The position numbers were made by a program, and so were the translations under genes. A DNA stretch of 64,000 bases from NCBI GenBank assembly GCA_027604505.1, contig JADIIX010000093.1, positions 1 to 64,000 on the forward strand, read 5' to 3'. Of this stretch, positions 1 to 11,915 are shown piece by piece. The stretch comes from Gonapodya sp. JEL0774 (taxonomy: Eukaryota). Position 1 is the stretch's first letter; each line of letters starts with the position of its first letter. Under the pieces are notes generated by a model. It saw only the letters and a program-made list of their open reading frames with translations. It did not search any database and was not told the DNA's origin.

Positions 1-1941
1 CGACGTGGCCCTCCACCGCCACCTGGAGCTCCTCGAGGACCGCCAGAGGGACAGGGAGCGGAAGAGGAAAGAGGAGGAGACCAGGAAACTGCGGTTTGTG
101 ACAGAGGTGGAGGGGGGGCCGCAGAGGCCCGCGACGGCGACGGCGGGGGGGGTGGACGGGGAGGGGGGGAGGTGGGTACCGGGGAGGGGGGAAAGGGGAG
201 AAGGGGGGCGGGGGCGGGCAAGGGAGGGGGAGGTGCTTTGGGCGGTGGGGTTTTTGGTGGGGCTGGACTGTGGGGATTGCTCGGGGGTTGGGTTTGTTTC
301 CCGGAGTCGGTGTTCGTTTGTCTTGCTTGTTGGAATGGGCGATGGGGTTGGTTGGCGTCTCGTGGCATGGGCATGTCAGGTTTGGGTCTCGAGGGACAGC
401 CACATCCCACATTTCCGCACTCGACCCGTTTGCGTGTCTCCCCACACCTCTCCCACACACACTNNNNNNNNNNCCCCCTCCCCACCCCCCCCCCACCCCC
501 AGCGTCCCCCCGCCTCACCCTCTCGACGCTCCCTCTCTCCTCCTGCAGCGCCTCCTCCGCGGCCGCGCCCTCCAGCAATCGATGCACCTGGGCATGGCCC
601 GCCGCGCCAGGCTCATCGAGGAGGTCAAGACGCGGCACAAGATGGAGAAGGAGGCGGGTACAGCGGAGAAGGTGGTGTGGGAGGAGGTGGTGGGCGGGAG
701 GGGGAAGGGGGGCGCCAAGGGGACGGGCAACGAGAACGGGAACGGGAACGGGATCGGGGTTGGTGGTGGATATGGATATGGATATGGACAGGGACAGGGC
801 GGGGTACGGGCGGTCAGGGAAGGTGAACAGGGGGTGCTGGGTGGGGTGGATAATGACGGTGGTGCGGGGGCGGGGGCCGGGGCAGTGGATGTGCGCAGGT
901 CTGCTTCGCTCATGAACGAGGACGGAGTACGGGAGGAGGTGTCGGTGTCACGCGGGGATGCTGCTGCCGGGGGCGGCGACAGTGCCACGAGTCCCGAGTT
1001 CACGTTTGAGTATTTAGCGCCAAAGAAGAAGCTCCGGGCCATGACCAAGGCTGCCGCAACGTCCACCACGGCGACCGCGACCGCCCCCGAAAGCCTTGCC
1101 AACCCAGTCACGTCCCACATTGCAAACACCCACATCGCCACCCAAATTTACTACCTCACCACACAAATCCACCGGCTCCGCACGCACCAGAAAGTTCTCG
1201 CCCTGGCAAAACTCGCCGAGCGGACCAGGAAACTCCGCGAAGCCGAGGAAGAAGCCCGGAGGGATGACGAGCTGCGGCGGCAACGGGAAGAGGACGAAAT
1301 CATGCGGCAGGTTCTGGGCGTGCATCACGAAACCGTCGAAACGTGGCTGGAGGAGGTGCTCTGTGGGGCGGTACAAGACGTTGCCGCAAACGAAGCACGA
1401 GATGAGGTACGAAAGAACATCGAGGAGATCAATCATGCGGTCTTGGGGCTCCAAGGGAACAACGGCGAGCAGGTTATCCAAGAGGACGTCGTTGGAGATG
1501 CGACGAATCTCGCAGAGAAGCCGGTTTCGATCGATCCAGATCTGCAGACGAAGAACGCCTCTCAGGGTGATTCGGATCTCGAAAGTTACGTTGCAGGTTT
1601 GGTTCAATCGTTTTTGCTGCCTCAAGTGGAGAAAGACGACCTGAAGCAGAGAGGTGAGATTGTTTTCTTTCAAAGTTCGCTTTCAAGTTGCGTCTCCGCG
1701 TCCTCACGATTCCTTGATGTCTATTGCAGTACAACAAGAGCAGCACAAGTATTTACTTGCGGCCCACCGTGCGATTCATTCTGTTATTCCTGCAGTCGAG
1801 AATGAAAGCCGTTTGGATGGAATGAATCATCACGCACAACCGTTGCCACTTGAAGACAACGTCTTGCCGATTGGGAACCTTCAAACGGTCAACCAAGGAT
1901 TGGTTGAAGAACAAGGTGGCTCTGAACAAAGTAATGAATGA
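1..1941 (+). CDS. CFAP91: Cilia- and flagella-associated protein 91 (MAATS1/CaM-IP2 family), 3' part; 5' end outside the window
   Basis: Spliced ORF with introns 172-502 and 1654-1729. It contains KLRFV..PQRPAT, LLQRLLRGRALQQSMHLGMARRARLIEEV, AERTRKLREAEEEARR..E..RQREEDEIMRQV..VHHETVETWLEEV, VAGLVQSFLLPQVEK and QHKYLLAAH, all matching the CFAP91 C-terminal half. Stop at 1939-1941. Confidence 0.85.
464..473. other. Assembly gap (10 N) inside a C-rich intron
   Basis: Run of n characters flanked by CA and poly-C tracts. Confidence 1.
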
Positions 1942-2043
1942 CTAATGAATGATGAATGTATGGTCAGAGGAATGATACGCGAGCATAAAACCAGCAGCCC
2001 GACAGAACTTCATTCATGATTTTGTGGATATTAGACTATTAGA

Positions 2044-4740
2044 TTACTTTGGATCAACAAACTCCGGTTTTGTGACTTTCATTTCCAGCTCCTGCATCCT
2101 GTCCTCTGCCCTTTTCAACATCTGCTGAATTCTTTCCTCGCTTGCCCGAACAATCTCCGTGATCGCTACGATCAGATCATCCAATCCACCTTTTTCAAAA
2201 CGCACAGAGCCAATCTCTTTCTCTTCCAGGATCTGTTCTACTCTCTCGTTCACTCTTCCTGGCTCGGCAAATGTAATGTTCCTAACAATGCTCTCTTTCC
2301 TTTCGGAAGCGAAACCAGGGGCAATCTGCTCTGCCAAGAACAGTGAAGAATTATGTGATCTTGGCTTTGCTGTTGGCCCGGAATCCGACGAACCCACGAC
2401 CGACTCTAGAGCGGCAGAACCGGTCGCACAGACTGACACACGCTTGCTTCGTTTTCTTTTCTTTGGCGCCAAGGCTGCCAGAGACTCTCTTGAAGTTAGT
2501 GCTTCATAACCATTGCTGCGATGTAGGCGAAGTTTATTTCCCAAGAACGTTCCAGCTTCCCAAAACCACACTCCAATGAGCACAGGAATCCCGCATACTT
2601 TCACTAAGCTCAAATTGTATGCGACATAAGTGGTGGGTGGTAGTACGAGCTTCATAGGCCTTTTGAATGTAACAAGAGGGGACTAACGAATGAGCGAGAA
2701 GTTGAACAGAACGGATTTTAAAAAAGCTCACCAAACAAAAAACGGTTCGAGAAGATTGAAAGGTGGCAAAAATGGAAAAGGTTCGGACATATCCTGTGCT
2801 TCCACGGCTTGGTATGCAAGTTGGAAATCAAACTCCAGATCCGAGCTGGCGACAATATCCGAGAAGCTCTGCCGGAGTGTCAAGTTAATCTTCTCCAGCG
2901 ATGCAGGAGCGAAAAAATGGACTCTATACTACCTTGTTGAATATTGAAATGAGCAAGTTCAAAAGAATTATGCCCACAGTGGCAACAAATGCCAGCGATA
3001 GTCCTGGAGCTATAGTGTCGTCGCTAACAACAGTTTGAGTGTTTACACAATGACGGCGAAGGATGCAACGAAATGTCTCACATTGTCATACTGAAGTCGA
3101 GAATATCCCAAGTGATGTTGCAAAGAACCTGCAGCAAAGGACCCTGTTATTGAACTTGCACCGAGATATTGCCCACTGCAATACTGACTTTCCCAGTTTG
3201 CCACATCAGTGATTGAAAGCTCACTCCTGCCTGCTTTCCCAATGACAGAGCGTACATGGCTTGAAGAAAGCCCAAGGCGAAAACTGACAAGAGCACAATG
3301 TACAGATACGATTCCGCTCTTTTGAATCGTAAGATGATCAGGAGCGGCAACTTCAACCGTCCTTAAGCGCAATAGCTCACATGACACGCTTTACAATGAT
3401 GGCAATGGTCCCAAAAAACTTGTATCTATCCAAGATGGACAGGAACCGAGGCCTTGACACGGCAGTCAGAAGAGCAATTTCTTTGGGATTCCCAAGTGCA
3501 CTTACACTCACCATAAAAAGATGTTCACAATCGCAAGAACGTCAAATGCACGTTCTGTCAATTCGGCGTCCGCGCTGTTGAGACTACCACAATCAATAGC
3601 CGCCACTATCAATTGCAAATTCAGCTTTTCTTCGACGGCACGGTGTTAGCACACAGACCTGGTGATGCGCATCACAAAGAACGCTACGTAAGACGAGAAT
3701 ATTCCGACGTCCAACCAGTTCCAGAGGTTCTTAAAGTAGAATGCCACACCTCCAGCCCACAGAGCAGCGAGTTCGTCCATCAGTAATGATGCAGCAAGAG
3801 CATCACACACCAATTCAAGTGGTGACAAAGCAGGAGGGCGAGAGAATGATAGGGATGTGAAGAGTAGGAGGAATAGAAGTGTGGCAGCGAGGGAGTACAG
3901 ATCTGTCGATTGAAGTGTCAACACTGACGACACCAGTCCATGATACGAAAAGAATAAAAAGAAGCTCACACTGATACTTTGGGACTCGAAGTTTGTCAAT
4001 GTCAAAAAAATGCGTTGCATTGAAAAAATATTCAGCAGTTTGAGGTGGCTCCACCCAGCGTAGCCAGCTTTCTGCATGACACTCAGCAGCTGAAGCATCC
4101 TCATTGGGGTCTTCTCTGGGCCTTTCTCCACCACCACGCACTACCACCACCCTACCTTCCCACATCCATCTCAACACTTTTTGTACTAAAGGGTGAGATG
4201 TGAATCGCACCGCACGGCAATCGACTGCTAGAGATAGTGCAGACTCCCGAACAGCTTCCATATCATCAGGAGATGGTGCACAGGTTTCAACGTTGCCATC
4301 TCCATCAGGATACTGCACCGAGCCGAACTCTGGCATGCGAGGAAGACAGATCGACGATGTGGATGTTATAGCATCCAAAAATGTAAATGAACTGGTCGGT
4401 AAATTGCGAGGGCGAATGTCCCCAACGGAAGTAGATGACTAGACACCGCACTGGTTGATTGCAGAGTGCCGGCATCTTTCCATCAACAAGAGAACGAACC
4501 TCGTTCACGTCTGCAAAACTGTTCTCCGCAAGCTCCACAACCTCTGTTGGAGAAAACTCCCAGAAAAGCACGTGTATGAGGTCGTCAGGGGAGGAGATCC
4601 ACTTCAACAGACGACCAGCTATGCTCTGAACCACTTGCGCGCGCGTCTTCCATAAATCTCGCGCACCGAGGTCCGTGGAGCTTCGCTCTGAGAAGTCACG
4701 GCAAAGGTAGAGGAGTGCGTAAACTGTTGCCGGTGACTTG
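2044..4740 (-). CDS. TRP-family cation channel, fungal vacuolar Yvc1/TRPY1-like; multi-exon, 5' end approximate
   Basis: Exon peptides include ESALSLAVDCRAVRFTSHPLVQKVLRWMWEG, FFDIDKLRVPKYQ, YFKNLWNWLDVGIFSSYVAFFVMRI, further TM segments, PPTTYVAYNL, and a C-terminal coiled coil ending at stop 2044. Confidence 0.75.
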
Positions 4741-5388
4741 CTTCAGAGATTGGAACCATTTAGTTCGAGTAACGGATGACGAAATGAATAACAAGCGCCT
4801 TACATTTCTCTAACGATTGCCAAAAGTGGCCTGATAACGTGTAAGCTAACCTCCGCAGGGAGGGACGTTAGTTGACTTGCAGGCAACGAAAAGTCCACCT
4901 GCAGGAACTCGAACTTAAGGCCTCTCAAAAAGCAGAAGAAGAAGGTCGATACGCACAGCCCTAATTATAAGAGCTCGCAGATGGGGTACCAAGTAGACGG
5001 TCGACATGTGTCGATTCTTTCCCTTCGCCGTTCAATTCCCCTGTTCCATGACTGTTATTTATTGAGATGGCGCCCGCAGGCGATATTTATTTACAAAAGA
5101 GTGTATTGCTCAAGAAGCATCTGGGAAGCTTTACTACGCTCGCAGATCCGAGCCCCTTCCTCGCTTTTTTTTTTCTCTCTCTCTTCATTGGAACGGTCGA
5201 GATCTCCTCAACCCCTTCTTTCCCTCCCCCCCCCCCCCCCCCCGCGCAACCAAGTGCACTGCTCCCTGTCATTATTCTCAAAAGTGCATGTAATACGTGG
5301 GAAAAAAAACCTTACAATTCTGGCTTATCATGTTATAACGTTGCGTATGTGCGAAGAATCGTGCAAAAGTCCCGTACCACCGGCAGTG

Positions 5389-6662
5389 TCATGCAACCAC
5401 ATCTACTCTCAAGAGAGCCGTGTCCACCTTGTTCTGCTGATCAGCGCAACTACTGGTTGCCGGGGTATTGTGCGTCTGGTCATCTTGCTCGTGAGGAGCG
5501 TGAGGCACAACCACCAGACCAACGACCCGGCGCTTTTCGTGCCCACTACAATGCGTGACCACCAGAGCCCATACTGCGGCGTTAATTCCGTAGCATAATG
5601 CCATACATATAATAGCAATCTTAAACGTTGCAGGAAGCGGGCGTGGTAAATGAGCTTGCGAGACGCACACCGCACAAAGATTTCCTCACCTTGCCAAGTG
5701 TGAGGCCAGCGAGCGTGACAGAGCTCTGTATTCCAGCACTGAACAGCCACAGAACAGCTCCAGTTACGACGAATAAACATGATGTCATCTGCAAAGGCCC
5801 TTCAGATCAAATCCAACAAAATGACAGAGGAGAGCCTACACTCACAAACAACGTAGCCCATTTCAGCATACTCTCATCGGGATCCGTGAACAGAATCACC
5901 AGAGGGTTCACCCGCTTGCACTCGACCACGTACACATCGGTACATCGCGTGCACTTGTACACCCTCGGTGTCACCTCGTCAGTTCTTCCGCTTCTACGGG
6001 AATGTTCCCGGCGTAGTCGCGATGAGATTCCTTGAAGGGCGGATCCAAGGATATGTCCGAAGCGTGTCGATGGCGGACCAACTGTTCGCTGGCCAAGGTG
6101 GGACCCAAAATTTCCCAACGTTATAATGGTAGAGATGTCAGGCCCACCATCGGTTCCAGAATCAACCAAAGTGTCACTGCGGCGGATTTGAGATCGTTCG
6201 GAGTTCGACGTTGCGTCAACGCCATCCTCCCTCTCCTCTACCAGTACCTCACTTTCGTCGATGGGTGTGATGTCTGTAAACACCTCAGTCGTTTGAGGTG
6301 ACTGGGGTGCAGGGAGGTTTGTTACGTAGCGGTCGATACACGATTGGTGACTCCACTGCAAATCGGGATCTTTGCACCCTGTACATGCGCGGATGAGAGG
6401 CCCAGACGTCGAAGTAACTGAGCATTCCCAGCATATCCAGCATCGTTGAGGCTTTGTGAAGGGGGTAGTGTGAAATTGAAAGAGACAAGGTGGTGACTCG
6501 GTTTGGCAACATTCAAGTCCGAAGGATAGAACAGTCAAAACTCACCCCCTGCGATTCCGCAATATCCTCATCACTTTTCTCTCGTCTTCTGAGCAAAGAT
6601 GGCAACGTAAAGCTCTTTTCAACCTTCTTCCCTTCCCTTCGAATGCGGAACAGTTCCCACAT
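5389..6662 (-). CDS. RING-CH (RINGv/MARCH-like) membrane E3 ubiquitin ligase
   Basis: Motif CWICWE...LIRACTGCKDPDLQWSHQSCIDRY followed by a long insert and then KCTRC. C-terminal hydrophobic segments are present. ATG at 6662 and first donor GTGAG at 6545. Confidence 0.7.
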
Positions 6663-6912
6663 CGAGCGCTTCTCTGGGTCCGCTCTCTTACTTTTCCTGT
6701 CTCTCTCTGGCCGAGGTGAAGAGAAAGGGAAGGAGAAGAAATGCGCCGTGATCCACCGTGTATCAACGGTAAGTATTGTCTCTTTTACTGGTGTGGTGCT
6801 TCTCCCTTTTTACAATAGAATAATTCCGTTCCTCCCTTTCAAATGCCAAACAGATCAAAATAGAAAAGGACGCGAAATAAAACCTTCTAATAATTGCAGC
6901 AAGGCTCTCAAA

Positions 6913-8946
6913 TTATTCTTCGTCCTCGGAGCCCCCCACATCCCCCAGCAACGGATCACCTTCATAAGTTGGCAACAAGTACCTATCATCCTCCCACGGT
7001 CTAGCCTTGTCTAAAGAGCCAACATACTCCCCCGCTCCCTCCACTGTCGAGTGACGAGAGAATGTGAAGTGAGAAGCGAGGGACTCAGAGGTGGGAAACC
7101 GGCTCTGGCAAGCGAAACAAGTGAGAAGGGATGTCTGCCGACGGATATAATTCAAAAGACGAATCTGTGAGTACGTCGAGCTGGCTGCACAATCAGAGGG
7201 ATACGGTAGGAACAGTCAACACCGAAGTATTTCCATCTTCTCAGTACCACTTGTCCAGCACTATCAGATATAAACCCACCCCATAGCACTCGCACACCAG
7301 CCGACCCATTCCATTCCCAACCATGTTGCACTTCCATATGCCGCCACGCTTCGGTTGGAGATTCGAGCACATGCCCCGGATGAAAGAGACAAGAGGTGGG
7401 CTCGTCGATGGTGGACATCCAGTCAGAGAAACTTTGACACCGAAGGTACGATCCATTCACCCGAATGAGAATTCAGAAGTGATGGCCATTATGAGATTGA
7501 CAGCAGCAACACCATCCGCTAGACAACGGGCAAAACTTACGTGTCATCACCTCCGTCGTCATCGTCGTCATCGTCCTCTCTCGTGGTATTTCCAACAGTG
7601 GAACCACTTCCACCTTTGGTCCATAAGATTTCTCGCCTGGCAGACCATCTCGAAGTCGGAGAACCATCCCATGAAGTGTCTGATGACGACGATGCGCGGG
7701 ATCGCCAGGAAGGAGCCGTTGCGCATGGTGACGAAGAAACAGGGGAGTTTGAAGAGCTCATGTTTGGGATAGTTGTTGGTTGAAGGAGGCCGGTAAAGTT
7801 AGAGAGAAAGAACCTATGTACTCCATGAACGATTGTTTGTTACAGTATCACGCAAGGGCTACTGACCTATCCCATTCTCTGTCTCTCGCGTCGACACCTC
7901 CGTGTTTCCTCTTTCTCATATGGCGCCTTAGAGCACCCTTGTCACGGAATTGTCGACGGCACCTGGGGCATTCCCCACTCGCCACCAAAGCTGAGAGGAC
8001 GTCGACAAGCTCAGAAGAAGAAATGAGATTGTCGGGAGGACCCAAATAAAAACTGTGAAGGGTGGAAAGGTGCTAGAAACAAGCGGGAGGCAATTGTCTG
8101 TGAGAATGATCTGACAACAGGATACGACATATATTCCAGAACACTCACCCCCCACCACTCAGAACGGCCCTCGACAATTTCTTTACAAAAAATGCACTTC
8201 CTTCGCCACTCTTCCCGACGTTCCCGCTCCCAACGAGCCAAAGCCGACAGTGCTGCGCGTCGGGAGAGGTCAGCACGGACCAAAGCATCGGAGGGTACCC
8301 GAGGTGACTTAGGTCCAAGGGTTATGGTGGGCGCATCGAACAGAACAGGCGAGGGCATACTGCCGTTGTTGACATAAATGCTTCCGGAACGAGCACTTGG
8401 GGGAGACAGTTCATTTTCAGTTGACCGTGCAAGAGACAACATAGAGCCCAGACCATCTGTAACATCGATGCCGAGAGAAGCAACCATACTTGCGACCATA
8501 GAAATCACAGCGGGGTCATTCACTTTCTCATCATCAGTCACTCCAGGAATCCGAAAATCATCAGTCCGATCTTTTGCTGGCAGCTCACTGGAGAGAAAAT
8601 GTTCATTTCCACTTGTAGGCCTTTCACCAACACCCGATCGTGCATAGTAGGATAGATAGTCCTCAAGTGCGGGCAAAATCGCGTCCGGATCTTCGACGAC
8701 AAGTTTGTGATTCACCCTTAGGTGCTCGAGAGTGATATCGACGTTCTTCAGCAACGTAGGACTGTTCGAATCGTCGCATCCCGGAAAAGGGCACACAAAA
8801 AACGAGCAACCAGAGTAAAAGTGACGGGGGAACGTCCGCGGGGGACGAGCTGAGCCAGATTTGTTCACATAAAGTTGAGCACGTGTTTTTGATTCTTGTT
8901 CAGTTGTCGATGCTTCAGATTCTGAGTTGCTGTCATCATCGGGCAT
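6913..8946 (-). CDS. ZNF277: C2H2 zinc-finger protein of the ZNF277 family
   Basis: RKCIFCKE, CPRCRRQFRDKGALRRHMRKRKH, FSDW..EPTSCLF, HMEVQHG, NYIRRQ..CFAC, and the C-terminal PWEDDRYLLPTYEGDPLL signature. Confidence 0.8.
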
Positions 8947-11915
8947 GATAGTGGAGCTCAGCAATAATTGCGCTGTATTGCCACGAACAGAATGCCAATC
9001 ATAATACATACATCATATATCATCTCGAAATGAAGCTCTTTTCATCTGAAGAAGCGTTTTGAACCCTCGACCTTCTGAAAGAGTCATTCCACGTTCTGAG
9101 GTTTGACTACCAGTTTGCTTTCCATTGGGAGATAACAACTGACGTACTTTCGCCTACATTTTCAGCTCAAAAGAAGGAAATCACGGGACTTGAATGGGGC
9201 AGTGGGAAACGCCCCTCTATCTTATCAAAACTCGTTCCCCGACCCGTGCACGCGCGCGCGCCGGGGGGGGGGGCGCGTCACCCGGGAGTCTCGCAAGCAA
9301 TATACTTAGCAGGGCGATCATGTTCATGTTTCTACGGTGGAGTGCGAATCGACAGTCCTCTCAGAAGTTTGATGACACGGGGATCAAATGTCCACGTTAG
9401 AACCAAATATCTGCACTCAACCATCCGGCTGACATGGATTTGGCACTTCTTCTCGCGCGCCCCCGATCACTGCCTTTCTCTAATCGCACACGAGCTCGCA
9501 CATTCAGGCCGTGTACAAGCGGCACCAGTCTGCTCAAACCTTTGACTTTAAAGGAACAATGAGATCGTGGGTATGTACATGATCCGGGCCGTAGGGACGA
9601 CTATTCCATTCGCCGGCCCCTGTGTTCATTGGATGTCACGATGCGTACGTCAAACTCTCAGGGATTTGGATCTCTTTGAAATACACCCATAATGATCTCC
9701 AAAGTGCACTGTTTCTCTTGGGTGCGTTACGAAGGATCACGAGCCAGGACGTCCAACAAACAAGCTGCGCGAAGATCACTGTGATCATGATAGAGAGATG
9801 TTCATAGATCCTCTCAATCGCGAGCTGGGATCAGTAGTGTCAAGTTTCAATTACGGAGTTGTAATTGCGTCTGGAAACTGGTATGTGGTGTTACATAAGT
9901 GCCATTGAGCGCCATTATGTAAGAGCCTAAGTGGGATAGGTGTCTCCCTCCGGAGCCAGCTTCCACTTAATGACCATGATTATCACTCAACTGGCATAAG
10001 TGTTACTCGCGGCATTTGAGTGCCAAATATGAGTGCCATTCACGTGTCAATCAAAACCAAACCCCAGAGCACTCAAGTTTTACTGATGTACTATACTTGA
10101 TGCGAAATTTTATTGTCAATTTGCATTCTTAGTCTACTACATGTACATGACGTGTGGGGGAGAGCCTGCAAGCAGGACTGTCGCTTTTCAGAGACCAGAG
10201 CACCACCATCACATCATCGCGTCTCCACATCATCCGCGGCAATTAACCAACACCTTCCATCACGAACTGACTCACGCTCCAGAGAACCACCAAGCGGCAA
10301 CATTTTCTGCCATTCCAAAACAACGGGTGTTCAACTCACGGGACGAAATTCCATTCAGGGCAAGAGAAACAAGTCTCCAATATCGATTGCAAACTTCCGG
10401 ACAGGGACGCGAATGGGGATGATAAGACTCTGTCCCTGTTTCGAAATGAAGGAAGGGCTATCAACATCACGGAAGCAAACGGCAAAACGAGCATGAGGTG
10501 CCGAAGGAAGGATGGAATCCCCTACCATAGTTCTCCATCATATTAACCCACAAATGCTCACAGACAAACTTGATGTGGTGAAAACGAGTCAACTGATCTG
10601 TCAAACTGAAGTTGATCGTGCCAAACTAACACAATAGGCTTATGATAAAGCCACTACGCAATCACATATGCTCGTGCAAGCTGATTCCTCGGTGAGCTTC
10701 AATCCAAAAGACACTTACCCAGAGATCACTTACATGGTGGCCATATAACATCCAGTTAACAGCATCAGGGAATGAGAAGCATCTGGGAGCAGCGTAGCGC
10801 GGTGAGTATTGAGGGATAGACAGAGACAACAGTAGAGGGGACAAACCTGTCAGTACTAGCTACCTGGCTCAGCTCATCATAGTAATTGACTGTTTCCTCG
10901 CTCCTATCGTCCCATTGTAACTGCAGACACAAACTCCATCAGGACCAAATACGGGGTGCCTGGGTGGGGTTGCAAGCACATCCAGAGTGAGCGCCGTGTA
11001 ACACAGTCAGCCAAAAAAAAAAAAAAAAAGAAGAAATTGATATGTCTTAAAAGGTGCAATCAATATTGCTTGCTGACACCTTCACCAATCGCAGGCAATG
11101 AACGCAGTTTGGTGGGTTCGACACTGTTGTGAATCGCACCAGACAATCCCTGACGAGGTCGGAAAAGTCAATGAAACTGAAAATGCAGTAGTGCTTAACC
11201 GTATGAGATTGTAGTCGGATTAGTGACAATAGAAGCGCCGATGAGCGCCTTGAAACTCTAACTCGTTCGCGGGGAGTCTCGAAGGTGGGACGGGACGCAC
11301 CCCCGCGACGCTGACCACGGCACGAAGTCAAAGAATGTATTAGCTATTGGGATGCCGATGGGCGACAAGAAAAACGGCATGATTCAGGGTCAAGCTCACA
11401 TTGTGGGGGGGATGGGGAACGACCGGCAGCCGACTGCGACGACGAGGGTTCGGGCGGCGGGGAGACAAATCGGGTGATAGGAGGGGAAGGTTGATCTATG
11501 ATTTCTAGGATTGATTCGGTTGAGTTCATAAGAATGGAAAATGTGAAATTCGAAAATTCGAAAATCATTCGGTTTGGCCGTGTTTGTCACCCATGGGAAG
11601 TGCAAGGGTCACAGGGTAGAAGGAGATTAGCCGCAGCTGCTACATCTGCGGTGCTCCTGACCAGTCACTCCACGTGAGCAGACTCTATATTGGTCAGGTG
11701 GGTACACCAGAGCAAGGACTCCCGCTGGCAAATTAGCTATTGTATGTTCATATTATACACTCTATTGGTCAGAGTCGGTCCTAGGGTGACAGTTTTGACT
11801 CCCAACACTCCTGGTACACCCCAACAGATCTCAGAAGTCCCGGCCGTGCGTCCCCATCTCGGACCATTGACCCTGCCCAGCAGCGTTCTGCGACTCTTGT
11901 GACCCCTATCGAGCC

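Noticed and set aside
9830..10090. Repeated GTGCCA words and a short TTACATAA/TTATGTAA inverted repeat, possibly a MITE
   Set aside because: No matching long TIRs or TSD could be established.
10640..11570. Short - strand ORFs and an A-tract at 11013-11029 suggesting a small gene or retro-remnant
   Set aside because: No consistent spliced frame or recognisable domain was found.
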